IMG/VR virus record: IMGVR_UViG_3300035698_022190
Location: 146,209-210,208 of that record
Reading direction: 5' to 3' (one strand)
DNA length: 64,000 nt
In this document: positions 60,220-64,000 of the stretch, piece by piece
Layout: each line of letters opens with the position of its first letter
Numbering within the stretch: position 1 is the stretch's first letter
Translations under genes and position numbers: made by a program
The notes under the pieces: model-generated
What the model was told of the DNA's origin: nothing
Databases searched by the model: none
What the model saw: only the letters and a program-made list of their open reading frames with translations

Positions 60220-63009
60220 ATGAAACATGAACTAAAAACTGCTTATAAAAGTACGAACAAAACTGAACGAAAAATAACTCTAAAATCAGCAGACATATTC
60301 TGTAATTTTTCTTTTATAGGAGGACCTAGAGTAACCTTAGTGGGAACTGGTATTAAAAAGTATAGAGTAACCTTTATAGATTTAGATAAAAATAAAATAG
60401 TGTTTGCTACTGAAATCGCAGCAGGAGAATGGGCATCCGCTAATACAAAATATTTTGTAAATTGGAAGATTGATGTATACGACGGTAGTACGTTAATTGA
60501 TTCGCATACTTTAAATTTAAAAAATAAGAATGTTTATATTCAATTTAATAGTAGTGCTCTTGGAGATACTCTCGCGTGGATTCCTTATATGGACAAATTT
60601 AAAGAAAAACATGACTGTAATTTATTTGTATCTACATTTAAAAATAATTTATTTAATAAACGTTATGTTGACTTTACACTCGTAGAGCCAGGTACACCTG
60701 TTGGGGATATTTATGCTATTTATAATATAGGTGTTTTTAGTGATTTAAATAAATCTAAAGTAGATCCCCGCACAGTTTCTTTACAAAGACTTGCAACAAT
60801 TATTCTTGGTCTCCCAGACGGAGAAGTGCAGGCACGAGTAAACCCTGTTGTGAGCCCCAGACCCATTGAAGAAAAGTATGTTTGTATAGCTCCATATGCA
60901 ACTGCCCAAGCTAAACATTGGAATAATGTTATAGGGTGGCAAGCAGTTGTTAATTATTTAAATAAGAACGGCTATAAAGTACTTCACATATCCAGCCAAG
61001 GAAGCGGTTATATGGATAACCCTAAGATAACAGGAACTGAGTATGTTGGAAACCTTTCATTAAAAGCACTAATGCCTTATATTTATCATGCTGAGGCTGT
61101 AATCGGCGTGAGTTCCGGGTTATCATGGCTCTCTTGGGCTTTAAAGCAAAAAACAATTATGATCTCTGGCTTTACAGAAGCCTGGTATGAGTTTTCTAAA
61201 AATTGTCTTAGAGTAACTGCTCCTAATGTCTGTACCGGGTGTTTTAATGACAAAGAGATTGATTTTGATAAAGGTGACTGGAATTGGTGTCCTAGACATA
61301 AAGGCACAGATAGGCAGTTTGAATGCTCTAAACAAATTGATTTTGTTAAAGTTTTACAAGCTTTTAAGGATCGCCAGAAGCTTACCTTTGAGTTCCCCAA
61401 AGGAAAAGAAAAAGATTTTGAGTATCTTTGGAACGAAATATGGAATAGAAAAGAATATTATCATGAAGAATGTCACATAGAAAAAAACGATGTTGTTGTT
61501 GATATAGGAGCAAACATAGGTGTATTTAGTGCGTGGGCCTTAGATCAAGGTGCTAAGCAGGTCTATTCGGTAGAGCCTGATATGCTTAATTATAAATCAT
61601 TGCTGGAAAACATACCAATAGGTTATAAATCTAATATTGCTATATCAAATAAAACGGGTATAGTAGACTTATATGTTGATGGAACAATAGGCGGTCATTC
61701 TATTCTTACACCACCAGAAGGCCATCCCACACAAACGGGGGACACTTATAAAGTAAAAACAAAAAGTTTAAAAGATTACTTTGCTACAAATAATTTAAAA
61801 CATGTAGACTTTTTAAAAGTGGATACGGAAGGAGCAGAAGTGGATATTCTTGCTGACTTAAATGATCTAGATACAACCATAAATAAATTGGCGCTGGAAT
61901 TCCATCACCCACTACATTCCGATGAAGTTTTTAATTCCTTTATTTCTAATTTAGAAAAATATTTTAATAAAGTTCATTTTAATCGAGGACATTATGAGTC
62001 TTTAGTATCTGCTTGGGATAGAAAAGAAAAGATAAAAATTAAAAGTATGGTGTCTGAAAATGGTCCAGTTTTAGTAGTAGGATCGCCAGCTATGGGCGAT
62101 TCTCTTTGTGCTACACCAGTTTTAAATAAACTATTTAAAGCTTATCAAGAGGTTATAACAGTATTTAGTTATGTCCCTGAGATTTTTACAAATAATCCAA
62201 GGGTAAAAGAGGTTTTTAATTTACATGAATATGAGGGGCAAAAATTGAATGATAAGTTAAGTAAATACCCAAGAAAATATGTGCATGAAACTTTTGTTGA
62301 TATATTTGATTCTAAAAATATGGTACATAACCTAACGGATATTCGACAATACCATGCCTCTTTTTTAGGGTTTTCTTTGCTACCAAATGAAATGACTTGC
62401 AATTTTTATCCTGAAAAAGATAGTAATTTAGATTTACCTGAAAAATATGTAGTACTTCATCCGGCAGTTACTTGGGACTCAAGAACTTGAGGTAGGCAAC
62501 AATGGCAAGAATTAGCTGACACTTTAGCTACCCAAGACATAGCCAGCGTTTTAATTGGAAAGGAAACTTCTGAAATATTGGCCGATAATAAAGGAACTCT
62601 AAATAAACCTTTAATGAGCTTAGATTTAAAAAAGGGCAAGGAGTATATAAATAAAACCTCCCTTTCTGAAACGTGGCACATCTTAAACAAAGCTGTTGCA
62701 GTTGTTACGATGGATTCAGGGATATTACATTTAGCAGGCACAACTAATACCCATATTATACAATTAGGAAGCTCTATTAATCCATTATTAAGAGCTCCAT
62801 ACAGGGGAGGTACACAAAGGTATAAATACTCTTATATACCCGGTAAATGTGATATATTTTGTGGTTCAAATATGTCTTATGGATTGGCAGAACATCAAGA
62901 TATAACAGGGGTTCCACTAATTTCTGAATGTTTAGAAAATAAACCAACATTTGAATGCCATCCGACTGTAAAAAATGTTGTAAATGAACTTAAAAAGGTG
63001 TATATTTAA
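60220..63009 (+). CDS. Autotransporter O-heptosyltransferase (Aah/TibC-like) + FkbM methyltransferase + GT9 domain (1 TGA=Trp)
   Basis: ALGDTLAW, SSGLSWL.W, C.GC..W.WCP..FECS; DIGANIG, LKVDTEGAE; MGD, WDSRT*, DSGILHLA. Confidence 0.85.
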
Positions 63010-63390
63010 ATGAAGATAGAAATTTCAAACGGAGAGCTAGTTGATAAAGTTTGTATTTTAAAAATTAAGCTAAAAAATATTAAAGATCCTGATAAATTAA
63101 TTAATATTCAAAAAGAGTTCGATATGCTATCGAGTAAAATGATTTCCTTTTTACCTATGAATGCTTTTCAAAAAGAACTTATAGATCTAGAGAAAGTTAA
63201 TGAAGATTTATGGGTGATTGAAGATAAACTCCGTGTTAAAGAAAAAGAACAAGAATTTGATCAAGAGTTTACTGAGTTAGCGCGCTCAGTTTATTTTACT
63301 AATGATCGTCGTTCTGATGTTAAAAAGAAGATAAACCTAATAACCAAATCAGAACTTGTAGAAGAAAAAAGTTACCAAAAATATAATTAG
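63010..63390 (+). CDS. DUF6165-like protein
   Basis: S.GELVDK..IL.IK, N..LW.IED..R, ARSVY.TND.R, EEKSY. Confidence 0.8.
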   Translation: MKIEISNGELVDKVCILKIKLKNIKDPDKLINIQKEFDMLSSKMISFLPMNAFQKELIDLEKVNEDLWVIEDKLRVKEKEQEFDQEFTELARSVYFTNDRRSDVKKKINLITKSELVEEKSYQKYN

Positions 63391-63398
63391 GAGATTTT

Positions 63399-64000
63399 AT
63401 GACACTTCCCAGAGCTGCACAGTTAAATATTGAAGTGCTGACGCACACTGAAGGTGATGCGGCATACAGCCCAAAAGATAATTTTGCTGGCCCTACTGCG
63501 CCCGTAGACCCACAAGATGGTTGAGAATGGTGGGATAGTGCTGAAGAAAAATTAAAAGTTTATAATGCCACAGACGTCCAATGGATACCTGTGGCTTCAA
63601 TATTTGTAGGAGAAGATCCACCTAATTTACCAAATGAAGGTGATTTATGATGGGACCCCGAGGACATATTAGGTGTTGGTAGTGGAACATCAGGAACTGA
63701 TGGTTCATCCGGTATTGGTGGTGGAGACGGCACAGACGGATCATCTGGCACTTCTGGAACATCGGGAACATCGGGAACATCCGGAACATCCGCCACAGAC
63801 GGAACATCCGCAACAGACGGAACATCAGGAACAAATGGCACATCCGGAACAGATGGAACTTCCGGAACAGATGGAACTTCCGGAACTTCAGGAACATCAG
63901 GAACATCGGGAACATCGGGAACATCCGCCACAGACGGAACATCAGGAACATCGGGAACATCCGCTACAGATGGGACATCAGGAACATCAGGAACATCCGC
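63399..64000 (+). CDS. Tail-fibre-like protein with Gly-Thr-Ser/Asp collagen-like repeat, 3'-truncated (2 TGA=Trp)
   Basis: GGAG RBS; P.DG*EWWD and EGDL*WD; GTS/GTD/ATD triplets to window end. Confidence 0.8.

Noticed and set aside
63560-63960. Minus-strand VPD and PMF repeat ORFs
   Set aside because: Antisense shadows of the plus-strand GTS fibre gene
30947-64000. Fragmented ORFs as pseudogenes or sequencing errors
   Set aside because: Every interruption is an in-frame TGA, never TAA/TAG or a frameshift, and essential genes (terL, protease) are affected
30947-64000. TGA as Gly (code 25) or selenocysteine
   Set aside because: Internal paralogs and family motifs show Trp; too many sites, and none at catalytic Cys positions

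Overview
A 64-kb segment of a large, AT-rich tailed-phage (jumbo-type, probably myovirus-like) genome. The left part (about 1-28.5 kb) is mostly minus-strand cassettes of small accessory genes. Each cassette has a conserved GGTATAAG motif upstream and a hairpin+TTTTAGCT terminator downstream. This part also holds a putative origin/pac repeat region (0.3-0.75 kb), a ~2.2-kb operon of tRNA-like and other structured RNAs, and plus-strand islands (baseplate spike/PAAR-like tip, methyltransferase-glycosyltransferase, two sulfotransferases, LAGLIDADG endonuclease). The right part (28.6-64 kb) is an all plus-strand late region: peptidase C1, Hsp20, LigD-PE/ATP ligase, ADP-ribosylglycohydrolase-SGNH fusion, candidate virion-cargo proteins including three ATP-grasp domains, bS21, intein-containing terminase, intein-containing prohead protease, scaffolds, major capsid, neck proteins, a protein O-heptosyltransferase locus and a Gly-Thr-Ser collagen-like fibre. 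Main result: late genes read TGA as Trp. I count 43 in-frame TGAs in 17 genes, many at motif-conserved Trp positions, which is why the supplied ORF track is fragmented. Minus-strand genes instead appear to use TGA as a stop (ATGA overlaps), suggesting a genetic-code switch during infection. All product calls come from motif recognition by eye; no database searches were run.
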